DNA of 64,000 bases, taken from the NCBI GenBank assembly GCA_963666975.2, contig CAXVYR010000003.1:1120001-1184000 (forward strand), read 5' to 3'. Source of the stretch: Terriglobia bacterium (GTDB lineage Bacteria; Acidobacteriota; Terriglobia; 2-12-FULL-54-10). The notes beneath the pieces were generated by a model. It saw only the letters and a program-made list of their open reading frames with translations. It had not been told where the DNA came from and did not search any database. Below, in pieces: positions 11,540-22,816 of this stretch; positions within the stretch are counted from its first letter, which is position 1; each line of letters starts with the position of its first letter. The position numbers were made by a program, and so were the translations under genes.

Positions 11540-12244
11540 ATGGCGCGTTGGGGAATGGTGATTGATCTGGAAAAATGCACGGCCTGCCAGGCCTGTGTCG
11601 TCGCCTGCCAGGTCGAGAATAATGTCCCGTGCATGGAGCCGGCGGAAGCCCAGAAGGGGCGCAGCATTTTTTGGATGAGGCTGATCCCGTCTGCGGAAGG
11701 CAGATTCCCGGAAGCCAGATTCCGGTTTCTCCCCATGCCCTGCCAGCACTGCGACAATCCTCCCTGCGTGACGGTTTGCCCGGTCGATGCCACCAACATT
11801 ACTCCGGAAGGGATTGTGCGCCAGATCTTCGCCCGCTGCATCGGCTGCCGTTACTGCACCACAGCCTGTCCGTACACGGTCCGGTACTTTAACTGGTATG
11901 CGCCGGAATGGCCGGGGGGAATGGCGGAGGCTCTCAACCCGGATGTTTCGGTGCGCCCGAAGGGAGTGGTGGAAAAATGCACTTTCTGTCACCACCGTTT
12001 GCAGAAGGCGCGCGCAACAGCCCTCGCAGAAAACCGGCCGCTGGCGCCGGGAGAATATATGCCGGCCTGCGTGGAGAGTTGCCCCTCCAAAGTCATGGTC
12101 TTCGGAGACCTGGATGATCCGAGCTCCGAAGTGGCCCAGTTGTCCCGCAGTCCGCGCGCGTTTCATTTGCTGGAGGATTTGGGCACAAAACCCAAAGTGA
12201 CTTACCTCGCGGAAGGAGAGTGGAGTGGCGCAACAACTAGCTGA
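11540..12244 (+). CDS. 4Fe-4S dicluster protein (QrcC/NrfC-like)
   Basis: MARWGMVIDLEKCTACQACVVAC, CQHCDNPPC, CIGCRYC and EKCTFC motifs. Confidence 0.92.
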   Translation: MARWGMVIDLEKCTACQACVVACQVENNVPCMEPAEAQKGRSIFWMRLIPSAEGRFPEARFRFLPMPCQHCDNPPCVTVCPVDATNITPEGIVRQIFARCIGCRYCTTACPYTVRYFNWYAPEWPGGMAEALNPDVSVRPKGVVEKCTFCHHRLQKARATALAENRPLAPGEYMPACVESCPSKVMVFGDLDDPSSEVAQLSRSPRAFHLLEDLGTKPKVTYLAEGEWSGATTS

Positions 12245-13580
12245 GAGGGTTGCAGTACCTGCCCAGGAGATGGATGAGGCTCTCTTCCAGCCCATCGAGA
12301 AGACCAGCCGGCGCTTCTATATCACGGTCGCAATCCTGCTGTCATTTACGCTCTTGTTTGTCGTCGCCTACTTGTGGCAACTGCGCAGCGGGTTGGGCGT
12401 AACGGGCTTGACGGTTCCGGTTTACTGGGGAATTTACATTACGAACTTTGTCTTTTTCATCGGGATCAGCCACGCCGGAACGCTGATCTCGGCCATCCTG
12501 CGCCTCTGCCACGCGGAGTGGCGGCGGCCGATTACGCGGGCCGCGGAAGTCATCACCGTCATGGTGCTTTTCTTCGGAGCGGGCAGCGTCATTGTCGATA
12601 TGGGACGCCCGGACCGCGCGTTGAACGTCATGCTGCATCCCAACTTTCGTTCTCCGCTGCTGTGGGACGTTTGCAGCATCAGCGTGTATCTGACGGCAAG
12701 CATGGTTTATCTCTACCTGCCGCTCATTCCCGATTTGGCTCTCTTGCGGGATCGCGGACAAAAGCGGAAGCGGTTTTACCGCTGGTTGGCGCTGGGCTGG
12801 ACCGGCACCGAGCGCCAGAAGCATCTCCTGGAACGGGTAATCGCCGTGATGGCCATTCTGGTGATTCCCATCGCCGTCTCGGTCCATACGGTGGTTTCTT
12901 GGGTCTTTTCGATGACGGTGCAGCCCCTGTGGCACAGCACCATCTTCGGCCCCTATTTTGTGGTCGGCGCCATCTTCTCCGGCATCGCCGCGCTGATCAT
13001 CGCCCTGGCCATCATCCGCAGCGTCTATCATCTGGAAGCTTATTTGAAGAAAATCCACTTTAACAACCTGTCGCTCTTGTTGCTGGTGATGGCGCTGCTG
13101 TGGTTCTACTTCACCTTCGCCGAGCATCTCACCACCTACTACGGAGGAGGTCCGGACGAGATGCAGATTTTGACTTCCAAGCTGACAGGCCCCTACGCGC
13201 CCTTTTTCTGGGCCATGGGGCTCTGCTGCTTCGTGGTTCCGGTTCTTATTCTGGCAATCCGCTATTTCCGCACCATCACCGGCACCGTGGTGGCTTCCTC
13301 TTTTATCGTGGTGGGAATGTGGCTGGAGCGCTACATCATCGTTGTTCCTTCGCTTTCCAAACCCCGTTTGCTGCCGAGCCAGGTCTTTTACCATCCATCC
13401 TGGGTGGAACTTTTCATTACCCTTGGATTTTTTTCCACCTTCATTCTTCTGTACGTGCTCTTTACGAAATTCTTCCCGATTGTTTCTGTGTGGGAGATCC
13501 AGGAAGGGCGCGAAAAATCTTTGGAGGAAGTGCGCGAAAGAGTGGCCACCTATCTGCCCGACCCGGCAAAGGCTACCTAG
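12225..13580 (+). CDS. NrfD/PsrC-family membrane subunit (QrcD/ActC-like)
   Basis: WGIYITNFVFFIGISHAGTLISAILR, DMGRPDR and SPLLWD motifs. Confidence 0.92.
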   Translation: MAQQLAERVAVPAQEMDEALFQPIEKTSRRFYITVAILLSFTLLFVVAYLWQLRSGLGVTGLTVPVYWGIYITNFVFFIGISHAGTLISAILRLCHAEWRRPITRAAEVITVMVLFFGAGSVIVDMGRPDRALNVMLHPNFRSPLLWDVCSISVYLTASMVYLYLPLIPDLALLRDRGQKRKRFYRWLALGWTGTERQKHLLERVIAVMAILVIPIAVSVHTVVSWVFSMTVQPLWHSTIFGPYFVVGAIFSGIAALIIALAIIRSVYHLEAYLKKIHFNNLSLLLLVMALLWFYFTFAEHLTTYYGGGPDEMQILTSKLTGPYAPFFWAMGLCCFVVPVLILAIRYFRTITGTVVASSFIVVGMWLERYIIVVPSLSKPRLLPSQVFYHPSWVELFITLGFFSTFILLYVLFTKFFPIVSVWEIQEGREKSLEEVRERVATYLPDPAKAT

Positions 13581-14200
13581 CTTTTCTTAACGCCGCTCTT
13601 TCATCGCTCCTGCCTGGGCCTGCGCAAGGGTCTGCTTGGGAATCTGGCGGTATTCGGATAGCTGTGCGGGCGTCAGGAGCCTCTTTGGGCCACTTGCATT
13701 CCTGTCCTGGTGGTTATCTGACCGGCGTTTTTGTACTACCTGAAGTGAGAGAGAATCTGGTGCTTCCGCAATCGACTGTTGGTGACATCAGCATCACCCT
13801 ATAATTTCCACTAGGTTGCTGGAATAAATGGCCTTAGCAGTTCCGAAGTGTAGCAAATGTAGAATAAGCCATTTTGTTCGTTGGAAATAGACAAGCTTTA
13901 ACAAAACTAGATTGCGGAGGCACCGCTCAATCGCCCAGCGGCGAGCCAAGCTGGGACGGACAAAACCCTTACAGTAACTCCGAAGAACAGCCAAAATGAG
14001 CCACACTACCACCTCAAAGAGGCCAGGGCGATATTCGCTTGGCGCTACGAGACAGGAGGTGTAGGTTTTTTAGTTAATAGGGGGGCCGAAATGGACATTC
14101 CGGCCCAGTTATACCGACCCAATTCTATTTGGGAAAGCACCCTTTTGCTGCTATCCTCTTATTCCGTTCCAGAAATCTGATTTTTGCGAAATAAGGTGCC

Positions 14201-15211
14201 GTGATGAGTAACTTCGACCGTCTTTTTGTTGCAATGGTGACGCCCTACAAGCCGGGCAAGCATGACATCGATGAGGCAGGACTTCGGAAGCTGCTCCGCT
14301 ACTTTCTGCAGCCGAAGTTTGTCGATGCGGGTGGTGCCATCATCATTAACCCTGAGGCCGGGGAGATCTTTTATCTTTCCCGGGAGGAAAAGCGGCGGAA
14401 CGTCGAAATCGCTAAAGAGGAGTGTGGGGGGAAGGTACCGCTCTTCGCAGGGGTCATCGCTCCTACGACGGAGGAGTGTGTTGCCGTAGCCCGCGATGCC
14501 AAGGCGGCCGGCGTGGATGGAATCTTTCTGATTCCACCCATGGGTGCCATGGACGTCACGACTTCGTGGGACGCTGAACGGTACCCCGAGGTGTGGGTGG
14601 ATATGGCCAAACAGATCTGCGATGCCGTGCACTTGCCGGCTATCACCCATCCCGTGGCCTCACCTAGCCCGAAATATGGCAATGGGTTGCCGTTGTCGGC
14701 GACCCTCAAGATGTGCACGGAGGTGCCGGAGATCATCGGCTGGAAGATGACGTATAACTACGAGGGGTACCGGATCATCTCCCGTGGGTTGCGTCAGTTC
14801 CCTCGTCACGTCGCGATCCTGGGGGCTCCTGCCGTCTACTTCCACGAGGGATTGGCAAGCGGGCAGTTCGACGGCACCGTGACCGGCTCCTTCAACTACG
14901 CAATGGAGCCGATGATCGACCACATTCAAGCCTGGAAGCGGGGTGACCTACATACGGCGCGCCGGATATGGGACTCGGGGCTGGCCGAACTTCATGAGTA
15001 TGTGTACTCGGAGTATTCCCGGCTTCATATCCGCTACAAGGCTGCATGCTGGCTCCGTGGCCTGATCGCGGAGCCATTCATGCGGCCGCCGCTACCCAAA
15101 CCCAGGGTTGAGGAAGCACGCACTCTGCGGACCCTTCTCCAGCGCAGTGGCTTGAACGTTATCGAAGAGTCTGTTATGGAGGGTCTCTTCCGAACCCCTG
15201 TCGCGGTTTGA
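14201..15211 (+). CDS. Dihydrodipicolinate synthase/class I aldolase family protein
   Basis: AMVTPY, GEIFYLSREE and IIGWKMT (Schiff-base Lys) motifs. Confidence 0.8.
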   Translation: MMSNFDRLFVAMVTPYKPGKHDIDEAGLRKLLRYFLQPKFVDAGGAIIINPEAGEIFYLSREEKRRNVEIAKEECGGKVPLFAGVIAPTTEECVAVARDAKAAGVDGIFLIPPMGAMDVTTSWDAERYPEVWVDMAKQICDAVHLPAITHPVASPSPKYGNGLPLSATLKMCTEVPEIIGWKMTYNYEGYRIISRGLRQFPRHVAILGAPAVYFHEGLASGQFDGTVTGSFNYAMEPMIDHIQAWKRGDLHTARRIWDSGLAELHEYVYSEYSRLHIRYKAACWLRGLIAEPFMRPPLPKPRVEEARTLRTLLQRSGLNVIEESVMEGLFRTPVAV

Positions 15212-15455
15212 CGATCCGGGGGGTCGCGAGCGAGTCAGCAGGAAGGATGGCCTGTAGTTTTAGGCTTCCTCTCAGCCCTTCTCGAATGAGGATTCCCGTA
15301 TGGGTTCAGGTACTCCGCTACAACCCTCTGAAAGACAAGCGGAGCCCTTCGCTGCCAGCCTGCCTTCGCGTTCGAGTAGTGCCTGGCGGGGCTGAAGGCC
15401 ATCCGGATATTCAAACGAATCGGAATGCAGGAAACCTCAGGAGGGCGCTTTCAGG

Positions 15456-16838
15456 GTGGCTGTTCCGTCAAAAGGCAATTCGCTCCCTGCGGACCAATCC
15501 ACAGCGCGGCTCGTGGCACGCATCGAGCGGTTGCCCCTATCAAGATTTCATATCAAGGCACGCGTCCTTGTCGGAACAGCTACCTTCTTTGACGCCTTCG
15601 ATGCTCTCTCCATCGCGTACATCCTGCCCGTGCTGGTTCCTCTGTGGGGCCTGACCCCAGCCATGATTGGCGGCCTGATTTCGATCGGCTATGTCGGGCA
15701 ATTGGTGGGAGCGCTCTTGCTGGGATGGCTCGCCGAGCGCCGCGGGCGCATGTTCGCCCTGCTGCTGAGCGTGGCGGTGTTTGCTCTCTTCAGCCTTCTC
15801 GCGGCATCGTCCTGGGACTATACCTCTCTGTTCATCTTCCGCACACTGCAGGGGGTTGGGCTCGGCGGAGAAGTGCCGGTGGCTGCTACGTATATCAATG
15901 AGATCAGTAAAGCTAAAGGCCGAGGACGCTTCGTTCTGCTTTACGAATTGATTTTCCCCGTTGGCCTGTTGACCGCGGCATTTGTCGGCTGGTGGGTCGT
16001 TCCAAGCTGGGGATGGCAGACGATGTTTCTGATCGGCGGGCTCCCGGCGTTGCTGGTTCTGCCCCTGCGATGGCTGCTACCGGAATCGCCGCGCTGGCTG
16101 GCGAACCGCGGCCGGCTCAAAGAGGCTGATGTAATCGTGACCCAGCTTGAGGTGGAAGCGAGCCGGGGCGGCAAAATCGAGTTACCCCCAGTCGTCGAGA
16201 CACCCCCCGTTGTGGAGCGGAAAACCCGGTGGCAGGAGCTTTTCCGGGGGAGATACCGTCGACGGACGCTGGTGGTGTGGGTTCTTTGGTTCAGCGTGTA
16301 CCTCTCGACTTACGGTATTTCAACGTGGCTTCCGACCATTTATGCTTCGGTTTTCAATCTACCCCTGGCCGACGCACTTCGCTACCCACTCATTACGTCC
16401 TCCTTTGGTTTGGTGGGAACACTGGCCTGCGCGCTGCTGATCGACCGTACTGGCCGGAAGATCTGGTTTACAGTGGCCGCCATGGTGGGCGGCCTTCTGC
16501 TTTTGACCCTGTGGTGGCTTGGAGCAAGTTCAGCGCTCCAGGTGTTGGTCCTCGCCACTGCCGCGCACATGTCCTTTAACACCATCGCGCTTGGGTTGTA
16601 CTTGTATACCCCTGAGATTTACCCGACCCGCATGCGGGCTCTCGGCAGCAGTATAGGCTCAGCCTGGCTCCGAGCAGCATCCGCCATTGGACCGTTCGTG
16701 ATGGGGTTCGTGGTTGCTACGGGTCGGCTTTCCACAGCTTTCCTTCTGTTCGGAGCCGTGCTCATGGCGGCTAGTGTGATCACCGGACTGTTTGGGACCG
16801 AAACAAAAGGCCGGGTGCTTGAAGAGATCTCGCCGTAG
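15456..16838 (+). CDS. MFS transporter (aromatic acid/sugar porter type)
   Basis: FFDAFD, AERRGR, LPESPRWL and PEIYPTRMR motifs; about 12 TM segments. Confidence 0.9.
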   Translation: MAVPSKGNSLPADQSTARLVARIERLPLSRFHIKARVLVGTATFFDAFDALSIAYILPVLVPLWGLTPAMIGGLISIGYVGQLVGALLLGWLAERRGRMFALLLSVAVFALFSLLAASSWDYTSLFIFRTLQGVGLGGEVPVAATYINEISKAKGRGRFVLLYELIFPVGLLTAAFVGWWVVPSWGWQTMFLIGGLPALLVLPLRWLLPESPRWLANRGRLKEADVIVTQLEVEASRGGKIELPPVVETPPVVERKTRWQELFRGRYRRRTLVVWVLWFSVYLSTYGISTWLPTIYASVFNLPLADALRYPLITSSFGLVGTLACALLIDRTGRKIWFTVAAMVGGLLLLTLWWLGASSALQVLVLATAAHMSFNTIALGLYLYTPEIYPTRMRALGSSIGSAWLRAASAIGPFVMGFVVATGRLSTAFLLFGAVLMAASVITGLFGTETKGRVLEEISP

Positions 16839-17029
16839 TAGGGCGACCCTTACTCTCGCTCCGTCTCAGCCGCAATTCCACCGGACAAAGGCGCCTTGTA
16901 CAATCCCCCGCGTGAAGCTTCACACACAGGGTAGAATCCGTCGGCAGGAGTGGGGTATGGAGAGAACCACCGGAACCACAGCAGGTGCGGCCAGGAGCGG
17001 CTCCTGATGGTAAAGGAGGGATTGCCCGA

Positions 17030-17512
17030 ATGGACGGTTTATTTCCTCTCATTGGAGTATGGTTAGGCTGGGGGCTTACCGAAAAATCACACCAGCGGCG
17101 TAGAGCTTCAGAAGAAGTGGAAACCAGACGAAGGGTTTCCCTTGCCCTGAAGTGCGAAGTGGAAATCCTTCGTAAAAAGATTGAATTGAACCCCCCGGAT
17201 GGTGTTGGGAAATCACCTGGCCTAATCCACGAAAACTATTTCGCGGCCTTCGATTCAAATACTGCTATCGTCGGCCAACTTGACGAGGCTGAAAAGATTC
17301 TTTCGTTCTATGGCAATGTCAAAGAGCATATGGATTGTCTCCGAGCGTATAGCGCAACCCATTTACAATGGCAGGCGAACATAAACAATGGGCACCTCGG
17401 GACACACGTGGGAAACACTCCTACTGACCTTGTTAAACGACGTAGACCTTTGCTCGACGAAGCTGCGGGTGTGATTACATGCCTGGAGCGCCTCAGCAAG
17501 GATGGCGGTTAG
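17030..17512 (+). CDS. Hypothetical protein with N-terminal hydrophobic segment
   Basis: Lower-GC ORF; AAAGGAGG upstream of the ATG at 17030. Confidence 0.5.
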   Translation: MDGLFPLIGVWLGWGLTEKSHQRRRASEEVETRRRVSLALKCEVEILRKKIELNPPDGVGKSPGLIHENYFAAFDSNTAIVGQLDEAEKILSFYGNVKEHMDCLRAYSATHLQWQANINNGHLGTHVGNTPTDLVKRRRPLLDEAAGVITCLERLSKDGG

Positions 17513-17920
17513 TATGTGTGCGGAAATAAATTAAGGACCGAGAGAAGGGCTGGCGAGGGCAAGCCATTAGGCGATAGGGAGAAGAAGCAGGGTGCCGCGA
17601 TGCCGCACACCAAAGAGGCAATGAGCACACGATCACCATCACGTGGATTCTTTTAGTGAGCCCGTGAAACCAAGTCCCCCTTCTCGCTGAACGGCTGCCC
17701 CCCTGCACAATCAGCGGCGTTCATTCGGGCGCACCTTTGCAGGCCAGCAAACTTCCGCAACTGATCACATGACAACCTGGCCCCTACGAATTTATTTTTT
17801 AATTTTTTTGTGAGACGCGCACAGCCAGGCGCCCATACACGCGTCGGTGCGGACCCCCTGGACAATTGACGGGGATTGGACAATTAAATGGCGCAGAAGG
17901 GTGTTGCCTTGAAGCGGGTG

Positions 17921-18406
17921 TCAACTTGGCTTCCCTCGTCCCCGGAACTGTTTGAGTGTCTCGCTGCCCGATTCCTGGATGGTCCGGTCGATTACCCTCG
18001 CTGGCATATCCGACATCTTCTTGATTTCCCGACCTAGTTCCGTCTCGGGTTCCCTGACCTTCTTGAGTCGGACCCGTTTTCGCTCTTGGGCCACCGCCTC
18101 GCGGATCATACCCACTCCCTCTGGCGTCGGATTTCCTGTGGCATCGCAGGGGGCCTTCATGAATGCTTCGTCCAGTGTAGGGTAAGCAACGCGAAACAGT
18201 GCGTCCTCTGTGGCCTCGCCCAAGCCTTCCAATTCAAGTTTGCCAGCCTCGGACAGGTGAAAGTGAATCATGAAATCACGGAGAGCGGTTAGGGGAAAGC
18301 CCTCCGCATTTGCGATTTCGTCCAGGGCTTCTATGGCAGCTCCTTTGTTGGTGGCCCAGACAACTGAGCAATCACCGTTCGGCCAGCGGCACATGTAAAG
18401 TGGCAT
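17921..18406 (-). CDS. Hypothetical protein
   Basis: 161-aa ORF with GGAGG RBS; plausible protein composition. Confidence 0.65.
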   Translation of the reverse strand: MPLYMCRWPNGDCSVVWATNKGAAIEALDEIANAEGFPLTALRDFMIHFHLSEAGKLELEGLGEATEDALFRVAYPTLDEAFMKAPCDATGNPTPEGVGMIREAVAQERKRVRLKKVREPETELGREIKKMSDMPARVIDRTIQESGSETLKQFRGRGKPS

Positions 18407-18498
18407 AGATCAGCCTCCAAAGAGGGGTAAATCAGGATCCATGAGGACATCTGTGTGGACAGAGGGGAGGTGGACGACAGCGGCCACCCTGTAAATTG

Positions 18499-18553
18499 CT
18501 GAAAAAACTGGCGGGGCCGACGAGACTCGAACTCGCGACCTCCTGCGTGACAG
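18499..18553 (-). repeat. att site: copy of the 3' part of tRNA-Asp
   Basis: 55 bp identical to 61960-62014. Confidence 0.93.
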
Positions 18554-19235
18554 TTCACAAGACGATATAGTAAGCGATGAGAAGGAATGAGAGCAAGTGG
18601 TAGAAGGCGAAGCCACTTGCTCACTCTTGTCTGCCTAGCGATTGATCTGTTTGCAGATCAAGAAGCATACGCTTGGATGCAGAGGTAGGGGAGACGCACG
18701 TTACATCCTGCGTTACACAAAAAGACGGGAGTCCCATTTGCCCCCCCGCCGGGACCCCCCCCTGGTCGAATCTGCGCCCACAATTCCAACTTGGGGATAT
18801 TTCTCCCAATCATCCCGTACTCCCGGCTCCGGTGCTTTTGCAGGTAAAATCATGCGATGCCAAAGACTCACAGCCTCAGCCCACGAAGCATTAGCCCGAT
18901 TGCGAGAGCAAGGACAGCTCCCACCTGGACCGCTCAAGGTAGATGCTGTCTTGTTGGTATTGGATAAGCTGGAGCGCCGGTCTCCCAGCCAATTGCTGTT
19001 GCGCCGGGAACTACGGCGGATCGAACGGGAAAGGTTTTGGGCAGGTCAGCCTCATTAAGAATTCGCGAGAAAGCTGACCCCTTGGCGAAGGTCAAGAACG
19101 AACCAGAAAGGAGGCCCCAGCAAATGGCCGTAGACAAGTTCCAAATCCACCCATTCTTTCGCTTGTTGCTCGTGTTACGGGTCTTAGCTCCGCTAGCCTT
19201 TTTCGGCATCGGAGTGTGGGCACTATATTCCCCCT

Positions 19236-20221
19236 CATTGCTGTCCGGTTAAAACTCGAACAGAATCAACTGGTTGGGATTTCTGACTAAATCGTCTTGG
19301 GAGCCCGATGCTTCCAGGGCCTGTAAAATGGGCACTTTCTCGAAAAGAGTAACACTGAGAATCTGTAAAATTTGGTAAAGGCTGGCTTCCAAAGCGAGAC
19401 GCTTCCGGACAATGGCCACGAGTACATAGATCGAAACGGCGATCCAGATTTGAGTCTTCACTGCGTTTTGGCTGGTGCCATAGAATGCCTTGATTCGCAG
19501 GTGCTGCTTGATCCATTTGAAGAACAGTTCCACCTGCCAGCGGCACTTGTAGATTTGAGCGATAGTGAGTGCGGGTAGCACGAAATTGTTGGTAAGAAAC
19601 TTCAGGCGCTTGTTTGTTTCTGCATCGAAGTACGTAACGCGCCGTAGCGGATCGGGGTATGCCCTGGCCGAGGCGTTCCCGGTCAGGATCACGGTATGAT
19701 CGGATCGCAAGCCGCTGGTTCTGTCTGCTGGATGAGAATAGCGGCGTTGGAGCAAGACGTTCTCTTTCGTCCGCACGACGAAAAATGCGGAGCAGAGTGT
19801 GAAGACAAAGAGTCGCTCGAAGTCGATGTAGCCGCGATCCATCACGTAGAACGCGCCCGCTTCCGGAACGATCTCGTCGAGGATGTTGACATCGTGCACG
19901 GCACCGGCCGTGACGCGGAGAAACGTGGGGATGTTGCCCTGCAGGTCCAGCAGCGTATGCAGTTTGACGGCAGCCTTGTGTTGGCGGAATCGTGCCCACG
20001 GAAACAGCGAGAGGCAGAGGTCGATGGTGGTGGAGTCCAGCGCGTACAGGCTCTGATCCAGATCGACGCCGATCGGATCGCGCGCATACAAAGGCCGTGC
20101 GATGCCGATCAACACCTGGGCGAAGTCCGCGTAGATGCGCCAGTCGTGCGACTCGTTGGCATCGGCCAGTGTCGAGCGCGCCACGTTGCCGCGCAATCCG
20201 ATGTGGTAGAGTTTGCTGGTC
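19236..20221 (-). mobile_element. IS4-family element, 5'-truncated
   Basis: Near-identical to 43882-44867 including IR CATTGCTGTCCGGTTAAAA; identity stops at the IS3 boundary. Confidence 0.9.
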
Positions 20222-21733
20222 TGTACGTCGTCAGATAATGTTGGACACAGAGCATAAAAAGATAAGGTGGCGTTCAGGCTCCTCTGGGTTGATGTTAGGC
20301 TGCCCTTCTTTTGAAGTGCAACCGTTTTCTTAAGATCATAGTTTTCTCTTTGATGCGATCCCGTTTTTGCAGGATGGCACTGCCTTGGCCTGTAAAAACG
20401 TCATACGGTGTCAGGTTGTTCAGGCTTTCATGGTATCGGTTGGTGTTGTAGTGGTTGACGAAGGCATCGATCTGCCGCTCCAGCTCTTCTGGCAGGTAAT
20501 AGTTGTTGAGCAGGATGCGGTCTTTCAGAGTTCGGTGCCAGCGTTCGATCTTGCCCTGCGTCATGGGGTGATAGGGCTTGCCGCGAGTATGCGGCACGCT
20601 GTTTTCTGCCAGCCATGATTGCAGTTCGGAAGAGACGTAGCACGGCCCGTTGTCGCTCAGGAGGCGAGGTCTGTGCCGGGCGCCCACGCGGTCGAGGCCG
20701 GTGGCTTGCAAAGCATCCCGCAACGTGGCCGAGACGTCACTTGCGCTCATGGTTTTGCACAGCCGCCAGGCGATGATATAGCGCGAGAAGTCGTCCAGCA
20801 CCGTGGACAGGTAGAACCAGCCCCAACCGATGACTTTCAGGTAGGTGAAGTCGGTCTGCCAGAGCTGGTTGACCGCCGTGGTCGGGTTGGCGAACCGTTC
20901 CGCCGCTTTCAGGACAATAAAGGCTGGCGCGGTAATCAGGTCATGGCTTTTCAGGACGCGGTAAACCGTCGATTCAGAAAGGTAATACCGCCTTTCCTCG
21001 GTAAAACGCACCGCCAGCTCGCGTGACGACAGATCGGGCTCGGCCAGGGCTAACGTCACCAACTGCTGAGTTATCTCCTCCGGCACCTTGTTCCAGACAG
21101 GGCCAGGATCGGGTTTTTTGTCTTCCAGCCCATCAAAGCCTTCCGACACATAGCGGTCGTACCAGTTGTAAAACGTCGATCTGGGAATGCCAACCTGCTG
21201 CAGCGTCCGGCGCACCCCCAGGGCAGATTGCTCCACCGTGCAGATGATCTCCAGCTTCTCCGAGGCAGGGTATCTCATGTATGTTCCTCCCCATCCCCGA
21301 TCACGCTTTTTTTTAGCAGGCGATTTTCCAGCATAGCCTCGGCCAGGGCCTCTTTCAGCTGTACGGCCTGCTCCCGCAGAGTCTTGACTTCGCCACTGGT
21401 TGCCTCACGGTCTATGTCGCCCGCCAGCCGCTTGCGGCCAGCCTCCAGAAACTCCTTGCTCCAGCGGTAATACTGGTTCTGGTGCAGCCCCTCGCGGCGG
21501 CACAGCTCCGCGATGCTGTCCTCGCCGCGAAGTCCCTGCAATACAATGCGGATTTTGTCTTCCGGGCTGAACCTGCGCCGCGTCCTGCGTTTGATCTCCC
21601 GGACGGCCTTCTCGACCGCCCCCCTGTCGTCTTGTTTTTGTCTCATCTTCGTTCCTTTCAGTCTCTACGATGAGCCAAAAACATCACCTTAACTATTACC
21701 CTCTACCTGTCCAACAAGCCCTGACGGGGCACA
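20222..21733 (-). mobile_element. IS3-family element (orfA 21275-21646, orfB 20295-21278)
   Basis: IRs TGTACGTCGTCAG..TTGGACA and TGTCCAA..CTGACGGGGCACA; WQTDFTY, LSDNG and GKIERWH DDE motifs; A8G run near the orfA end. Confidence 0.88.
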
Positions 21734-21976
21734 GTCCGTCCTAGCGGAAACAAGCTCTCCGAAAATGTTGATGGTCGCCGTACCCCTGACCCCCTGTATC
21801 AAAGGGTCCCAAACCATGCCTTGCTAACCCATTGAGGAATCAAAGGAGGCGTCTGCCGTTTCTGGCCGTATTAAACCATGTGTTTTGATACTGCCCAGCC
21901 AAAGCAATCATCATCTTCTGCCCCTCACTGTATTGGAGACTCTCACTACGAGTGGTACAAAATATCGGTCTGGTCA

Positions 21977-22464
21977 AAGTAGCTGATAACGGCGTCAGTT
22001 GGCTCCTGCCCCACTGGCTGCGCGTTCGAGTTGGCATCGACGAAATCCAGCTTGACCACCCAGCGCTGTCTCTCCCAGCTTTGCGCCTCCCTCTGCGGAC
22101 CGAACTCCCTGGCGACCCCGGCTCCCCCGTAAGAGGCGGGACGAATAAGGGTCTCCGATGAAGGCTTTCTGTCCCCGTTGTCCGTCAGCGCGGCCGTCAG
22201 CGAGAAAGTCACACCACGGCCAGTGAAGTAGATGCTCTTGTCGCCACCCTGGATGTAGTAGCCGACGCGGGGATCGAGCTGCCCCTGGTTCTCAATGAAA
22301 TAGAGCGGCAGTTTTCCGTAAGTCTCCTGGACCTGTTGCCGAATGGCTTCCGGGATTTCCGCCGTCGAAACTTGGCCGTCCGTAGTAATAGGTATCCGAA
22401 TTTGGATCAGCAGGAATGCAACGAAAAACAAGGAAAGGAGAAAGATGACTGCTTTTGTTCTCAT
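21977..22464 (-). pseudogene. N-terminal fragment of a secreted SBBP/beta-propeller-type surface protein
   Basis: Signal peptide and YGKLPLYFIENQGQLD motif; cut at VISYF by an IS3-type end at 21976. Confidence 0.7.
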
Positions 22465-22816
22465 TGCGTCCTCCCGGAAGAGGAGAGCCGACAGTTGGGA
22501 TAGGGCATCTGGTTGACCCCCGCCAGATTGAATAGATCGGGGAAAGATTACACGAGGGGAGAGGGGAAAGCAATTGGGAACAGGGTTTCCGGGGCCTATA
22601 GCCGAGCGCCGAGTGCGGTCGATGCGGACAAGTCCCAGATTACTCCCCATAAGTCGCGTTCGGGGACATCTGCCTATTGTTCCCTCAAACTCCGTGAGCC
22701 GTTCCGGAGACCTTTTTGGGGTCAGTTGGATGGAACCCGATACCAATCGTTCCAGAACGAGGCATTGCCTGGTACACTTTGGGCTGTCAGAAATTCAAAA
22801 ACGGACATACTAGCTA

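Noticed and set aside
15286-15350. IPVWVQVLRYNPLKDK resembling an SdhB/FrdB N-terminus
   Set aside because: Too short and no Cys motifs follow; at most a deletion remnant.
18509-18553. Second tRNA-Asp gene
   Set aside because: Only the 3' 45 nt are present; it is an att duplicate.
20219-21736. GTC as a true IS3 target duplication within IS4
   Set aside because: The IS4 sequence does not resume after the IS3, so a 3-bp match may be chance.
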